Origin: Bacillota bacterium
GTDB lineage: Bacteria; Bacillota; DTU030
Direction: 5' to 3'
Length of the DNA stretch: 64,000 nt
NCBI GenBank assembly: GCA_012523785.1
Contig: JAAYTH010000014.1
Coordinates: forward strand, 8,995-72,994
Part shown: positions 18,436 to 27,549 of the stretch, piece by piece
Position numbering within the stretch: the stretch's first letter is position 1
How the letters are laid out: every line of letters starts with the position of its first letter
Notes under the pieces: generated by a model
What the model was told of the DNA's origin: nothing
The model's database searches: none
What the model saw: only the letters and a program-made list of their open reading frames with translations
Position numbers and translations under genes: made by a program

Positions 18436-19383
18436 TTGCTTATGGGTAAGGGAAGGGGCATTATACTTTGCTGCTGTGTGTTGCTATTTATTATGTCGCT
18501 TAACCTGGGTTGCAGCCGGAAGGAAGGATTGGAACAAGCTGAAGGAGAATTGATTGAAGATGATCTGGGGCGCCAAGTATTGATTACTGCTGTGCCTGAA
18601 CGGATTGTTTCCCTTTCCCCGGCAACTACTGAAAACCTCTTTGCCCTGGGGCTGGGGCCTAGGGTTGTTGCCGGGACCGAATACGATGATTACCCCCCCG
18701 AGGCTCTGGATCTTCCCAAAATCGGTGATTATTCTAACCCTAATTTGGAGGTTGTGGTTTCTCTGGAGCCAGATTTGGTTTTGGCGGACCTTATAATACA
18801 TCAAAAGACCATCGAAGATTTGGAGCGGTTGGGTATTCCCACCCTGGCCTTCGGACCCAACACCATCGAGGGTGTTTATAATACCCTAGGGTGGATGGGG
18901 AGGGCCGCCGGTGTGCCGGACGAGGCAGAGAAATTAGTTGCAGATATGCAGCGGGAGGTTGAAGCCCTTACTGCCCCCTTGGCAGAACTTGTAGAAGAAG
19001 ATAAGCCCACGGTATATTATGAAATCTGGCATGAGCCCTTAATAACAGTCGGACCCAACACCTTTATCAATGATCTGCTTACATTGGCCGGGGGGCGCAA
19101 TATAGCCGCCGATGCCCAGAAGGACTGGCCCCAATATAGTCTGGAAGTATTGGTGGAGGCCGATCCCCAAGTGATTATCCGCCCCCGGCTAACCCACGGG
19201 GAGACAGATGCAGATGTTGAGGACTTTCAGGCTCGCCGGGGCTGGGAAAACATCTCCGCCGTAAGGGAAAGGCGGATTTACTTTGTCGAAGATGACCATA
19301 TTTCCCGGGCGGGGCCCCGCCTGGTTAAGGGTTTGGAAGAATTAGTGGGGATTTTGCATCCCGATTTGTACCCTTCCCACTAG
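18436..19383 (+). CDS. ABC transporter substrate-binding lipoprotein, BtuF/FhuD class (cobalamin/siderophore type)
   Basis: Lipobox LNLGC and the class-III SBP fold. Confidence 0.75.
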   Translation: MLMGKGRGIILCCCVLLFIMSLNLGCSRKEGLEQAEGELIEDDLGRQVLITAVPERIVSLSPATTENLFALGLGPRVVAGTEYDDYPPEALDLPKIGDYSNPNLEVVVSLEPDLVLADLIIHQKTIEDLERLGIPTLAFGPNTIEGVYNTLGWMGRAAGVPDEAEKLVADMQREVEALTAPLAELVEEDKPTVYYEIWHEPLITVGPNTFINDLLTLAGGRNIAADAQKDWPQYSLEVLVEADPQVIIRPRLTHGETDADVEDFQARRGWENISAVRERRIYFVEDDHISRAGPRLVKGLEELVGILHPDLYPSH

Positions 19384-20451
19384 ATGGGGGCTGGCTATAT
19401 GACATCTAAGAGAAAAAAGACATTTCCAACCCTATTGTTTCTAGCTGCCTTGCTGCTAGTGAGCATTGTAGTGGCCCTGGGGATCGGTGCAGTTTCAATT
19501 CCTGTGTCGGAAACCATCCATATTTTAGCCCGCAGTATCCCCATCGGGGGCCGTTTCCTTCTCCCCCCAACTGCAGTGATTATTCCCAGCCATCGGGATA
19601 TCCTCATAGAATTGCGTCTCCCCCGGGTTCTGCTGGCAGTTTTGGTGGGCAGCTCCCTGTCCGTATCCGGGGCGACTTTTCAGGGATTGTTTAAAAACCC
19701 CATGGCAGATCCCCATATAATCGGTGTTTCCGCCGGTGCTGCCCTGGGGGGGACAACGGCCCTGGCCCTGGGCCCAAGGCTGCGTTATTTCGGGCTCGGT
19801 GCAGTGCCCTTATTTGCCTTTGCCGGGGCTTTGCTTACGGTGGTTCTAGTTTATAACATGGCCCGCGTTGGGGGGCGGGCACCCATCATGTCCCTTCTTT
19901 TGGCCGGCATTGCCGTCAGTTCTATTCTGCAGGCCCTGGTATCCCTTATCACTTACTTTAGTGATGGGGAATTACAAAAGATTGTATTTTGGATGATGGG
20001 GAGTCTTTCCGGCCGGGGCTGGGAATATCTACTTTTGGCTTTACCCTATTCCTTGGCTAGTATGGCAGTTATCTGGGTTTTTGCCCGGGATCTGAATGCT
20101 TTTCTTCTGGGGGAGGAACCCGCCCTCCATTTGGGGATAGAGGTTGAGGCGGTAAAACGCTATCTTCTTTGGGCGGCCTCCATGTTGACAGCGTCTGCCG
20201 TTGCCACCAGCGGTCTCATTGGTTTTGTGGGTTTAGTAGTACCCCATGTGGTGCGCCTGCTGCTGGGCCCTGATCACAGAGTACTGTTACCTGCGGTGGC
20301 CTTGACGGGTGGAATCTTTTTAGTGTGGGTAGACATCCTGGCCCGGACCGCCCTTCCCCCCCTGGAATTGCCCCTGGGGCTGTTGACTTCACTGGTAGGG
20401 GGACCCTTTTTCATATATCTGCTGCGAAAACGCAAGCATGCCTTATATTAG
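19384..20451 (+). CDS. FecCD-family ABC permease (BtuC-like)
   Basis: FecCD/BtuC permease with about 9 TM segments. Confidence 0.8.
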   Translation: MGAGYMTSKRKKTFPTLLFLAALLLVSIVVALGIGAVSIPVSETIHILARSIPIGGRFLLPPTAVIIPSHRDILIELRLPRVLLAVLVGSSLSVSGATFQGLFKNPMADPHIIGVSAGAALGGTTALALGPRLRYFGLGAVPLFAFAGALLTVVLVYNMARVGGRAPIMSLLLAGIAVSSILQALVSLITYFSDGELQKIVFWMMGSLSGRGWEYLLLALPYSLASMAVIWVFARDLNAFLLGEEPALHLGIEVEAVKRYLLWAASMLTASAVATSGLIGFVGLVVPHVVRLLLGPDHRVLLPAVALTGGIFLVWVDILARTALPPLELPLGLLTSLVGGPFFIYLLRKRKHALY

Positions 20452-20463
20452 GAGGTTTTAACT

Positions 20464-21735
20464 GTGGGTAAGGTTCACCTGCAGATTGAGGGGATATGCT
20501 GTTCCTATGGGGCAGAGCCCGTTTTAAATGGTGTGGAATTTATAGTGGAAAGGGGAGGACTCTTGGGTATTCTAGGGCCCAACGGTTCCGGCAAAACAAC
20601 CCTCCTCAAGGCCATCAGCCGCACCCTAAAACCCCACTTGGGGAGAGTGCTCTTAGATGATCAGGATATATACCGCATAAATAGTATAGAAGTTGCCCGG
20701 CAAATGGCTGTAGTACCCCAGGAAAGCCACTTTGATTTTCCTTTTACAGCCCGAGAGATCGTAATGATGGGGCGCACCCCTCATTTGGGGCGGTTCCAAA
20801 GTGAATCCCGGCATGATTGGCGGGTGGTGGAACAGGCCCTAGCTTTTACCAATAGCTCTCATCTGGCCGAGAGGCGAATTACTGAACTCAGCGGGGGGGA
20901 AAAACAGCGAATTGCCATTGCCCGGGCCCTGGCCCAAGAACCTGAAGTACTCCTCTTGGATGAACCCACTGCATTTTTGGATATTAACCACCAAACAGAA
21001 ATCCTTACTATCATCCGCCGGCTTAATAAAGATTATAACTTAACGGTTATTATGGTTCTCCACGATTTGAACCTGGCATCTGAGTATTGTGACCAGATCA
21101 TCTTGTTAAAGGAGGGACAGATTTACGCCCTGGGGTCCCCGGAGGAAATCATCACCAGCACCAATATCAATGCCGTCTATGGTTCCAAGGTGTTGATAAG
21201 ACCCCACCCCCTTCACCGCCGTCCCCAGGTCATCCTTTTGGCAAAGGACCAGGCCCAGACTAAAATTGCCGGTGGTGCCAGGGTGCATGTGGTGGGTGGG
21301 GGTGGTATGGCCACATCCCTGTTGGGGGAATTGGTCCAGGCCGGTTATAAGGTGACGGCCGGTGTATTAAATATCGGTGATAGTGATTGGGAGCAGGCGA
21401 AAATCTTGGGCGTTGATACCGTGGAGGCGGCACCTTTTTCCCCGGTGACGGCCGAAAATCACCGCAGCAATTTAGATTATATAGAAAAGGCCCAGTGGGT
21501 AATCCTGGCCCCCATCCCCTTTGGCGAGGGAAATATTTATAACCTTAAGGCCTTGCAGACCGCCGCCCGTCGGGGGCAACGGGTAGTAGTAATTGAACGG
21601 ATTCCTATCCAGGAGCGGGATTATACCGATGGCAAGGGTTTATTGGAGTACCGACACTTATTAAAGTTGGGTGTGATCAGGGTCACCGGTGAAGGGGAAG
21701 TTCTTAGATTGCTTCAAAGGGAGGGGCAAACGTAA
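20464..21735 (+). CDS. ABC ATPase (BtuD/FepC-like) with ~170-aa C-terminal extension
   Basis: Walker A GPNGSGKTT and signature LSGGEKQR; the C-terminal domain (VHVVGGGGMATS...) has no obvious assignment. Confidence 0.8.
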   Translation: MGKVHLQIEGICCSYGAEPVLNGVEFIVERGGLLGILGPNGSGKTTLLKAISRTLKPHLGRVLLDDQDIYRINSIEVARQMAVVPQESHFDFPFTAREIVMMGRTPHLGRFQSESRHDWRVVEQALAFTNSSHLAERRITELSGGEKQRIAIARALAQEPEVLLLDEPTAFLDINHQTEILTIIRRLNKDYNLTVIMVLHDLNLASEYCDQIILLKEGQIYALGSPEEIITSTNINAVYGSKVLIRPHPLHRRPQVILLAKDQAQTKIAGGARVHVVGGGGMATSLLGELVQAGYKVTAGVLNIGDSDWEQAKILGVDTVEAAPFSPVTAENHRSNLDYIEKAQWVILAPIPFGEGNIYNLKALQTAARRGQRVVVIERIPIQERDYTDGKGLLEYRHLLKLGVIRVTGEGEVLRLLQREGQT

Positions 21736-22346
21736 TGGGGGAATGGGGCAGATTGACCCTGGTAACCGGGGGAGCCCGCTGTGGCAAAAGTACCTTTGCG
21801 GAGGATTTGGCGGCCCGGCGGGGTGGAGATGAGGTGACATATATTGCCACCTGTCAACCTTTGGACGATGAAATGGTGGAGAGGGTGGCATTGCACCGGA
21901 AACGTCGCCCACCGGCCTGGCAGACGGTTGAGGAACCCTTTCAGGTGGCGAATGTGCTCGCTAAGGTTGGCTACAAATCTAAGGTGGTCTTGGTGGATTG
22001 CCTGGCCCTCCTTGTTTCCAATTACCTCACCGGGGGATGCCTAACGGATAAGCCGCTAGTAGAAAATACCGTTCTAGTAGAAAAAGCCTGGAATCAGGTG
22101 GAGGCAATTATACAGGCTAGCAGTCGAATTCCGGCCCAGACCATAATAGTATCTAATGAGGTTGGCTGGGGGTTGGTTCCCACCTCATCCCTGGGCCGTG
22201 CCTACCGGGATCTTTTGGGTAAAGCTAATTGTGCCCTTGCCGCCCAAGCCCTGGAAGTATATCTGGTGGTAGCGGGGATGCCCCTGGAGTTAAAATCCTG
22301 GGCCCGGGGTGCCTGTTCAGAGAAGAAAGGTAGAGATCTACCATGA
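21735..22346 (+). CDS. cobU: adenosylcobinamide kinase / adenosylcobinamide-phosphate guanylyltransferase
   Basis: P-loop GGARCGKS and CobU/CobP similarity. Confidence 0.85.
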   Translation: MGEWGRLTLVTGGARCGKSTFAEDLAARRGGDEVTYIATCQPLDDEMVERVALHRKRRPPAWQTVEEPFQVANVLAKVGYKSKVVLVDCLALLVSNYLTGGCLTDKPLVENTVLVEKAWNQVEAIIQASSRIPAQTIIVSNEVGWGLVPTSSLGRAYRDLLGKANCALAAQALEVYLVVAGMPLELKSWARGACSEKKGRDLP

Positions 22347-22969
22347 TCTATGCCGATAATGGCCCAGAAACCCTAAGGGTGTATTTTCTCCGCCATGGCG
22401 AGACGGACTGGAACCGGTGGGGGTTATATCAAGGCCATGGCGATATACCGCTGAATGAAAGAGGACGGCGGCAGGCCATAAAAGTAGCGGTAAAGTTATG
22501 CGGTGAGACCTTTGACAATGTGTATGTAAGTGATCTGGTAAGGGCCGGGGAAACAGCACAAATAATATTGTCCCGGCTAAAGGCTAAAAGTGTGACATCC
22601 CTAAGGGGTTTACGGGAACTGGATTTTGGCCATTGGGAAGGATTGAGCTTTACAGAGGTGGAGGCGGCTTACCCCCAAGAAGTAAAGGATGCCTTTGCCC
22701 AACCCGATGCCTTTAGGCCGCCGGGCGGAGAATCGGTGGTAGAATTGAGGGCCAGGGTTGTTAAGGCTTGGGAGGGGATAATACAGGAAAACCGGGCGGG
22801 TACAATAATGATTGTAACCCATGGTGGCCCCATCAGGGTTTTATGGGGGTACTGGCTTGGCAAAAGGGGGATGGCCCTTTGGAACATTGCCTTTCCCCAC
22901 TGTGCCCTGGGCTTTGCCTCTTTTAATACTGCCGGAAGGTTTCCACAGACATTTATTACCGGGATATAA
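22343..22969 (+). CDS. cobC: alpha-ribazole phosphatase (histidine phosphatase family)
   Basis: RHGETDWN motif; assignment supported by the cobalamin-gene context. Confidence 0.7.
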   Translation: MIYADNGPETLRVYFLRHGETDWNRWGLYQGHGDIPLNERGRRQAIKVAVKLCGETFDNVYVSDLVRAGETAQIILSRLKAKSVTSLRGLRELDFGHWEGLSFTEVEAAYPQEVKDAFAQPDAFRPPGGESVVELRARVVKAWEGIIQENRAGTIMIVTHGGPIRVLWGYWLGKRGMALWNIAFPHCALGFASFNTAGRFPQTFITGI

Positions 22970-23125
22970 AGGAGGCATCTAGGCGAGAAATACTACTAGC
23001 TACCAATGGGATAATGGCTGGTCGCCGGTCAGGGGGGTGGGATGATTGCTAGTTAACTAGAATACCCACAATGGACCTTCAATGCTGGTTGTTTTATTTG
23101 CCTTCTGGGCAAATTGCATTGGTTC

Positions 23126-23154
23126 TTGCCAAGGGGCCCCGCTATTGGTATAAT
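23126..23154 (+). promoter_or_regulatory. sigma-A promoter
   Basis: TTGCCA-17 nt-TATAAT with a TGn extended -10, about 50 nt upstream of the gene at 23207. Confidence 0.7.
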
Positions 23155-23206
23155 ACCCCTCCTTCGGGCATATCATAAAGGAAAGCCTCAAAAAGGAGGG
23201 TAAAGG

Positions 23207-23689
23207 GTGTCCCTTTCACCGGAAGAGAGATTTCTTCGCCTGGTTGCCCGGGTAGAACGGGTAATTTTCTATTCCTTCCTGGGGACCTTCTTAATTGTCA
23301 TCCTGGTTCAAGGTTTTCTGAGCTACCCGCTATCCCGTTATCGTCTCATGTCCTGCTTAAAAAAATCCCCGGAATTGTGCCCGGTGATGGTGGGGGTGGA
23401 GGCGGGAGAAACTGCACCCGCGGCTGTAAGGATTAAAATCCTGGGTCATCAGACCCTCCGCCAGGCTTTTGTTATGGTGGGGGAGGACCGAATAACAAAT
23501 TTTAATAAAGCTGAAGTGGAAATAACCGTTGCTGGGGGAAAGGAAATTATAATAGATGGTTCCTTTTACAAACGCCCCCTTACCTTTAAAATCACAGCTG
23601 TTTCCCCGGGGGTGTTGAGTCCTAATATCGGTCAGGAGGTTACCACCTGGGGTAGCCGGGAGAATTTGGGAAGGGTTAAGTTAAATTGA
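23207..23689 (+). CDS. hypothetical membrane-anchored protein
   Basis: GTG start with an AAAGGAGG RBS; one N-terminal TM segment; no recognisable domain. Confidence 0.4.
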   Translation: MSLSPEERFLRLVARVERVIFYSFLGTFLIVILVQGFLSYPLSRYRLMSCLKKSPELCPVMVGVEAGETAPAAVRIKILGHQTLRQAFVMVGEDRITNFNKAEVEITVAGGKEIIIDGSFYKRPLTFKITAVSPGVLSPNIGQEVTTWGSRENLGRVKLN

Positions 23690-23835
23690 TCTTTCTTGAT
23701 GCTATCGGAGCTGTGGAACGGATTGCTGTTGGACAAGCATCTAGTACATATTGTCGGGGTTTAGTTTAGTATCTGGGGTGGGCCGATTTGCAGTGGCAGG
23801 TCCTCATATCTTATACTGGGTTGGGAGGGACGGGA

Positions 23836-24525
23836 ATGTCTGAAGATGGGCTTAAAAAAATGATTATTGCCATCGATGGTCCAGCAGGTGCAGGCAAGAG
23901 CACCATTGCTAAAATGGTGGCTGATAAACTGGGGTTAAAGCATATTGACACCGGTGCCATGTACAGGGCCCTGGCCCTGAAGGCCATGAGGGAGGGGAAG
24001 GACTGTACAGATGGTAAGGTCTTGATTGACCTACTCAGTAGGAGCAAAATTGAAATTCGGGCTGATAATAGGTGCAGCCCAGCGGTCATTCTCCTTGATG
24101 GTGAAGATGTTTCCGGGGAAATACGACTTCCGGAAATAAACCATAAGGTTTCCCAGGTGGCAAAGGTCCCAGAAATTCGCCGGGAATTGGTTAAGCTGCA
24201 GCGGGAATTAGCTGCGGGCGGCGGTGTTGTGATGGATGGCCGGGATATAGGAACAATTGTTTTACCCGGAGCAGATATTAAAATTTATCTTACTGCCTCC
24301 TTGGAAGAAAGGGTGCGGCGTCGTTACCATGAACTTATACAAAGGGGCTCCCCCACCTCATTGGCTGAAACTAAAAAACAGGTGGTGGACCGGGACAGGG
24401 GAGATCGGGAACGAAAAACGGGACCTTTGAGGATGGCTCCCGATGCTTTTTATCTTGATACCACGGGGCTGACGCCGGAGGAAATTACCGCTAAAATTGT
24501 GCGACTATGTGATGAAGGGGGGTAA
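23836..24525 (+). CDS. cmk: cytidylate kinase
   Basis: P-loop IAIDGPAGAGKST and Cmk similarity. Confidence 0.9.
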   Translation: MSEDGLKKMIIAIDGPAGAGKSTIAKMVADKLGLKHIDTGAMYRALALKAMREGKDCTDGKVLIDLLSRSKIEIRADNRCSPAVILLDGEDVSGEIRLPEINHKVSQVAKVPEIRRELVKLQRELAAGGGVVMDGRDIGTIVLPGADIKIYLTASLEERVRRRYHELIQRGSPTSLAETKKQVVDRDRGDRERKTGPLRMAPDAFYLDTTGLTPEEITAKIVRLCDEGG

Positions 24526-25084
24526 AGATGTGTTCTACCGCTTGGTGCGTGCTATATACCGTTTTTATCTAACTTATTTGCGAGGCTGGGTGGTGGAAGG
24601 AAGGGAGAATATCCCGGCAAGGGGCCCTTTAATCCTTGTGGCCAATCATACTAGTTATTCGGATCCCCCCATTTTAGGGGCCGCCTTGACGCGCCGGGTG
24701 CATTTTATGGCCAAGGAAGAGTTATTCCGCTATCCGGTCTTTGGCCCTATTCTCCACCGGCTGGAAGCATTTCCAGTTAGGAGAGAGGCAGTTGATCGTT
24801 CTGCTATTAGAAAGGCTCTGCAGATCCTCCGGGAAGGAAAGGTCTTGGGGATGTTCCCCGAAGGAACCCGCATCAAGACAGGCCAATTGGGAGAAGCGCA
24901 GCCCGGTGTAGCCTTGTTGGCTACAAAATCGGGGGCTCCTATTTTACCCGTGGGTATAAGTCGGGTGTCGGGCAAATTGATAGTTAGATTCGGGAAAACT
25001 TTCTCCTTAAGGGCCGAAGGCCGGGAGAGGAAGGCGGCGGGGAAAAGGATTATGGCGGAAATTGGATCCTTATTGGAAAAATAA
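24497..25084 (+). CDS. plsC: 1-acyl-sn-glycerol-3-phosphate acyltransferase
   Basis: Acyltransferase motifs (NHTSYSDP, FPEGTR); start uncertain among 24497, 24512 and GTG 24530. Confidence 0.75.
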   Translation: MCDYVMKGGKDVFYRLVRAIYRFYLTYLRGWVVEGRENIPARGPLILVANHTSYSDPPILGAALTRRVHFMAKEELFRYPVFGPILHRLEAFPVRREAVDRSAIRKALQILREGKVLGMFPEGTRIKTGQLGEAQPGVALLATKSGAPILPVGISRVSGKLIVRFGKTFSLRAEGRERKAAGKRIMAEIGSLLEK

Positions 25085-25329
25085 GAAATGCTCCCAGTGC
25101 CAGATTGGGGCTGTAAGCCCCTCCAGCAGTTGGCGGTAATTTCGCCTAGGTGAACAAATGGCGGAAAAATTCGCAGCTGCTTCCATAAAAAGGGGCATTT
25201 ATTTTCAAAAGGAGTAATGGCCAGCTTTTTTGGGAAAAATAGAGGAGTTTAGTGCCTCAATAGCGAATAGGCAAGAGATTAGGGTAGGGGCTATTTTAGA
25301 AAACAAATTGGCTGACGGTAAAGGGGTGA

Positions 25330-27549
25330 TTGAATTTTGTGGAGATTAGAATTGCTCAACACAGCGGTTTCTGCTATGGTGTAAGGAGGGCCCTGGACCA
25401 AACGGAAAAAGCTGTTCAAAATGGGGAAGGACCTGTTTACACCTGGGGTCCCCTAATTCACAACCCTAGGGTCGTAGCAGACTTGGAAAACAAAGGGGTT
25501 GTTTCCCTAAAGAAATTGACCGGGGTTCCACCGGGGAAACTCATCATACGTGCCCACGGAGCACCACCAGAGGTTTATACACAGGCCCAAGAGCGGGGGT
25601 TCACAATTATTGATGCAACCTGCCCCTCAGTACGAAAATGCCAAAGGATAGCAGCGGATTTGGCCCGGGCCGGGAAAGAGATTGTTGTTGTTGGTCGACG
25701 GGATCACCCCGAAGTCATAGGCATCTGTGGCTGGTCGGGGGACAAGGCTATAGTAATAAGGGATCCCGTTGAAGGACAGGCCCTAACCTTCACTAAACCG
25801 GTGGGGGTTTTGGCCCAGACCACCCAGGAGGAAAAAAACTTCCAAGAAGTTGTTAAGATTTTGCAGAAAAGGGCACCGGAATTGGAAGTTTTCCCAACTA
25901 TCTGTGCAGCCACCCGTTCTAGGCAAGAGGCGGCCCTAGAGTTGGCGGAGGACGTAGATGTAATGCTTGTAATTGGTGCCCAAACCAGTGCCAACACCGG
26001 GGAACTGGCCAGATTATGCCGGCAAACAGGTGTTCAAACATATCAGATTGAATCTGCAGCCCAACTGCGCCGGGAGTGGCTGCAAAACAAAGACAGGATC
26101 GGGGTTATTGCTGGAGCTTCAACTCCCGACGTCACCATCGAGGAGGTAATAAGGGTTATGACGGAATTTCAACGGTCAGAAGGAGAAAACATTGAGGACA
26201 TGTACGCCAGTACATTGCGGACACTTGAAGAGGGGGATATCATTTCCGGAAAGGTTGTCCGCATCGATACTGATGAGGTTTTAGTGGACATTGGTTATAA
26301 ATCAGAAGGGGTTCTCCCCTTACAGGAACTCACCGATAAAACAATTTCTTCCCCGGAAGATATTGTGGCGGTGGGTGATGAGATCGATGTCTATGTCATG
26401 AAGGTGGAAAATAGTGAGGGGAACCCACTTCTTTCCAAAAAGCGGGCCGATTATGAAGGTGCCTGGGTTGACTTACAAGAGGCTTATGGAACTGCCGAAC
26501 CCATCGAAGGGGAAGTGTTGCAGGTAGTTAAGGGTGGGTTAATTATTTTTGTGGGCCTGCGTGCCTTTTTGCCGGCCTCCCAGGTGGGATTGCGCTATGA
26601 ACCAAACCTGGAAAAATATGTCGGCCAAACATTGCGGGTAAGGGTCATCGAATTGGAACGGGCCCGCAATAAGGTGATTGTATCGCAAAAAGTAGTGTTG
26701 GAGGAGGAGCTGGCCGAAAAACGCGCCGCCCTATGGGAAGACTTACTTGAAAACCAAGTGCGGCAGGGCAGAGTAACTAAACTTACCGATTTTGGGGCCT
26801 TTGTCGATTTGGGTGGTATCGAAGGCCTGGTCCATATTTCTGAACTTTCCTGGGCGCGGGTAAAACACCCGTCGGAAGTAGTCCAAGAGGGAGAAGATAT
26901 CGAGGTTATGGTTTTGGGTATCGACCGGGAAAGGGAAAGGATTTCCCTGGGTTTAAAACAAGTCCTACCCGATCCCTGGGAAGGGGTAGGGGAAAAATAC
27001 CCGGTGGATTCGATACAAAGGGGAACTGTTACCCACATCGTCGGCTTTGGGGCCTTCGTCCAGCTGGAACCTGGCGTTGAAGGCCTGGTGCACATTTCCC
27101 AATTAGCAAACTACCGGGTTGCAGAAGCCAGTGATGTGGTAGAGGTTGGGCAGAAGGTAAATGTCAAAATTCTTAATGTGAATGAGGCTGATAGGCGCAT
27201 CAGTTTAAGCATTCGGGAAGTTGACCAGGATATTGAAGAGGATGAATATCTGGAACAGGTGGAAGAAGAGCCCACCGGTGGAATTGTGATTGGCGAGGTG
27301 CTGGGGGAACTTTTGGAAGAAAAAAAGGCGGAAGAGGCTGAAGCCGAAAAAATAGAGGAAGCTGAAAAAGCCGAAACTGGGGAAGTAAAGGAAGCTGAAG
27401 AAGCAGAAACTGATGAAACAGAGGAAGCCGAAGACGCTGAAACTGATGAAACAGAGGAAGTTGAAGAAGTCGGAACTGAAGAAACAGAGGAAGCCGGGGA
27501 AACAGAAGAAAATGAAACAGAGGAAGAAGCCGAGGATGATGAAGAGTAA
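25330..27549 (+). CDS. ispH: fusion protein: 4-hydroxy-3-methylbut-2-enyl diphosphate reductase (IspH/LytB) + ribosomal protein S1 (four S1 domains) + acidic repeat tail
   Basis: N-terminal ~280 aa is IspH (FCYGVRRAL), followed by four S1 domains and a ~80-aa Glu/Thr/Ala-rich tail; TTG start. Confidence 0.85.
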   Translation: MNFVEIRIAQHSGFCYGVRRALDQTEKAVQNGEGPVYTWGPLIHNPRVVADLENKGVVSLKKLTGVPPGKLIIRAHGAPPEVYTQAQERGFTIIDATCPSVRKCQRIAADLARAGKEIVVVGRRDHPEVIGICGWSGDKAIVIRDPVEGQALTFTKPVGVLAQTTQEEKNFQEVVKILQKRAPELEVFPTICAATRSRQEAALELAEDVDVMLVIGAQTSANTGELARLCRQTGVQTYQIESAAQLRREWLQNKDRIGVIAGASTPDVTIEEVIRVMTEFQRSEGENIEDMYASTLRTLEEGDIISGKVVRIDTDEVLVDIGYKSEGVLPLQELTDKTISSPEDIVAVGDEIDVYVMKVENSEGNPLLSKKRADYEGAWVDLQEAYGTAEPIEGEVLQVVKGGLIIFVGLRAFLPASQVGLRYEPNLEKYVGQTLRVRVIELERARNKVIVSQKVVLEEELAEKRAALWEDLLENQVRQGRVTKLTDFGAFVDLGGIEGLVHISELSWARVKHPSEVVQEGEDIEVMVLGIDRERERISLGLKQVLPDPWEGVGEKYPVDSIQRGTVTHIVGFGAFVQLEPGVEGLVHISQLANYRVAEASDVVEVGQKVNVKILNVNEADRRISLSIREVDQDIEEDEYLEQVEEEPTGGIVIGEVLGELLEEKKAEEAEAEKIEEAEKAETGEVKEAEEAETDETEEAEDAETDETEEVEEVGTEETEEAGETEENETEEEAEDDEE
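27340..27549 (+). repeat. imperfect tandem ~27-nt coding repeats encoding the acidic tail
   Basis: Repeated units of the form gaaac(t/a)gatgaaacagaggaagccgaag; they produce spurious ORFs on both strands. Confidence 0.6.

Noticed and set aside
27413-27535. N-terminal extension of the fni ORF starting at 27413 (MKQRKPKTLK..., lysine-rich)
   Set aside because: This is a frame-shifted reading of the same acidic repeat. Homology to Fni begins at LDHIRHAL, and the ATG at 27536 overlaps the upstream stop, so the start was set there.
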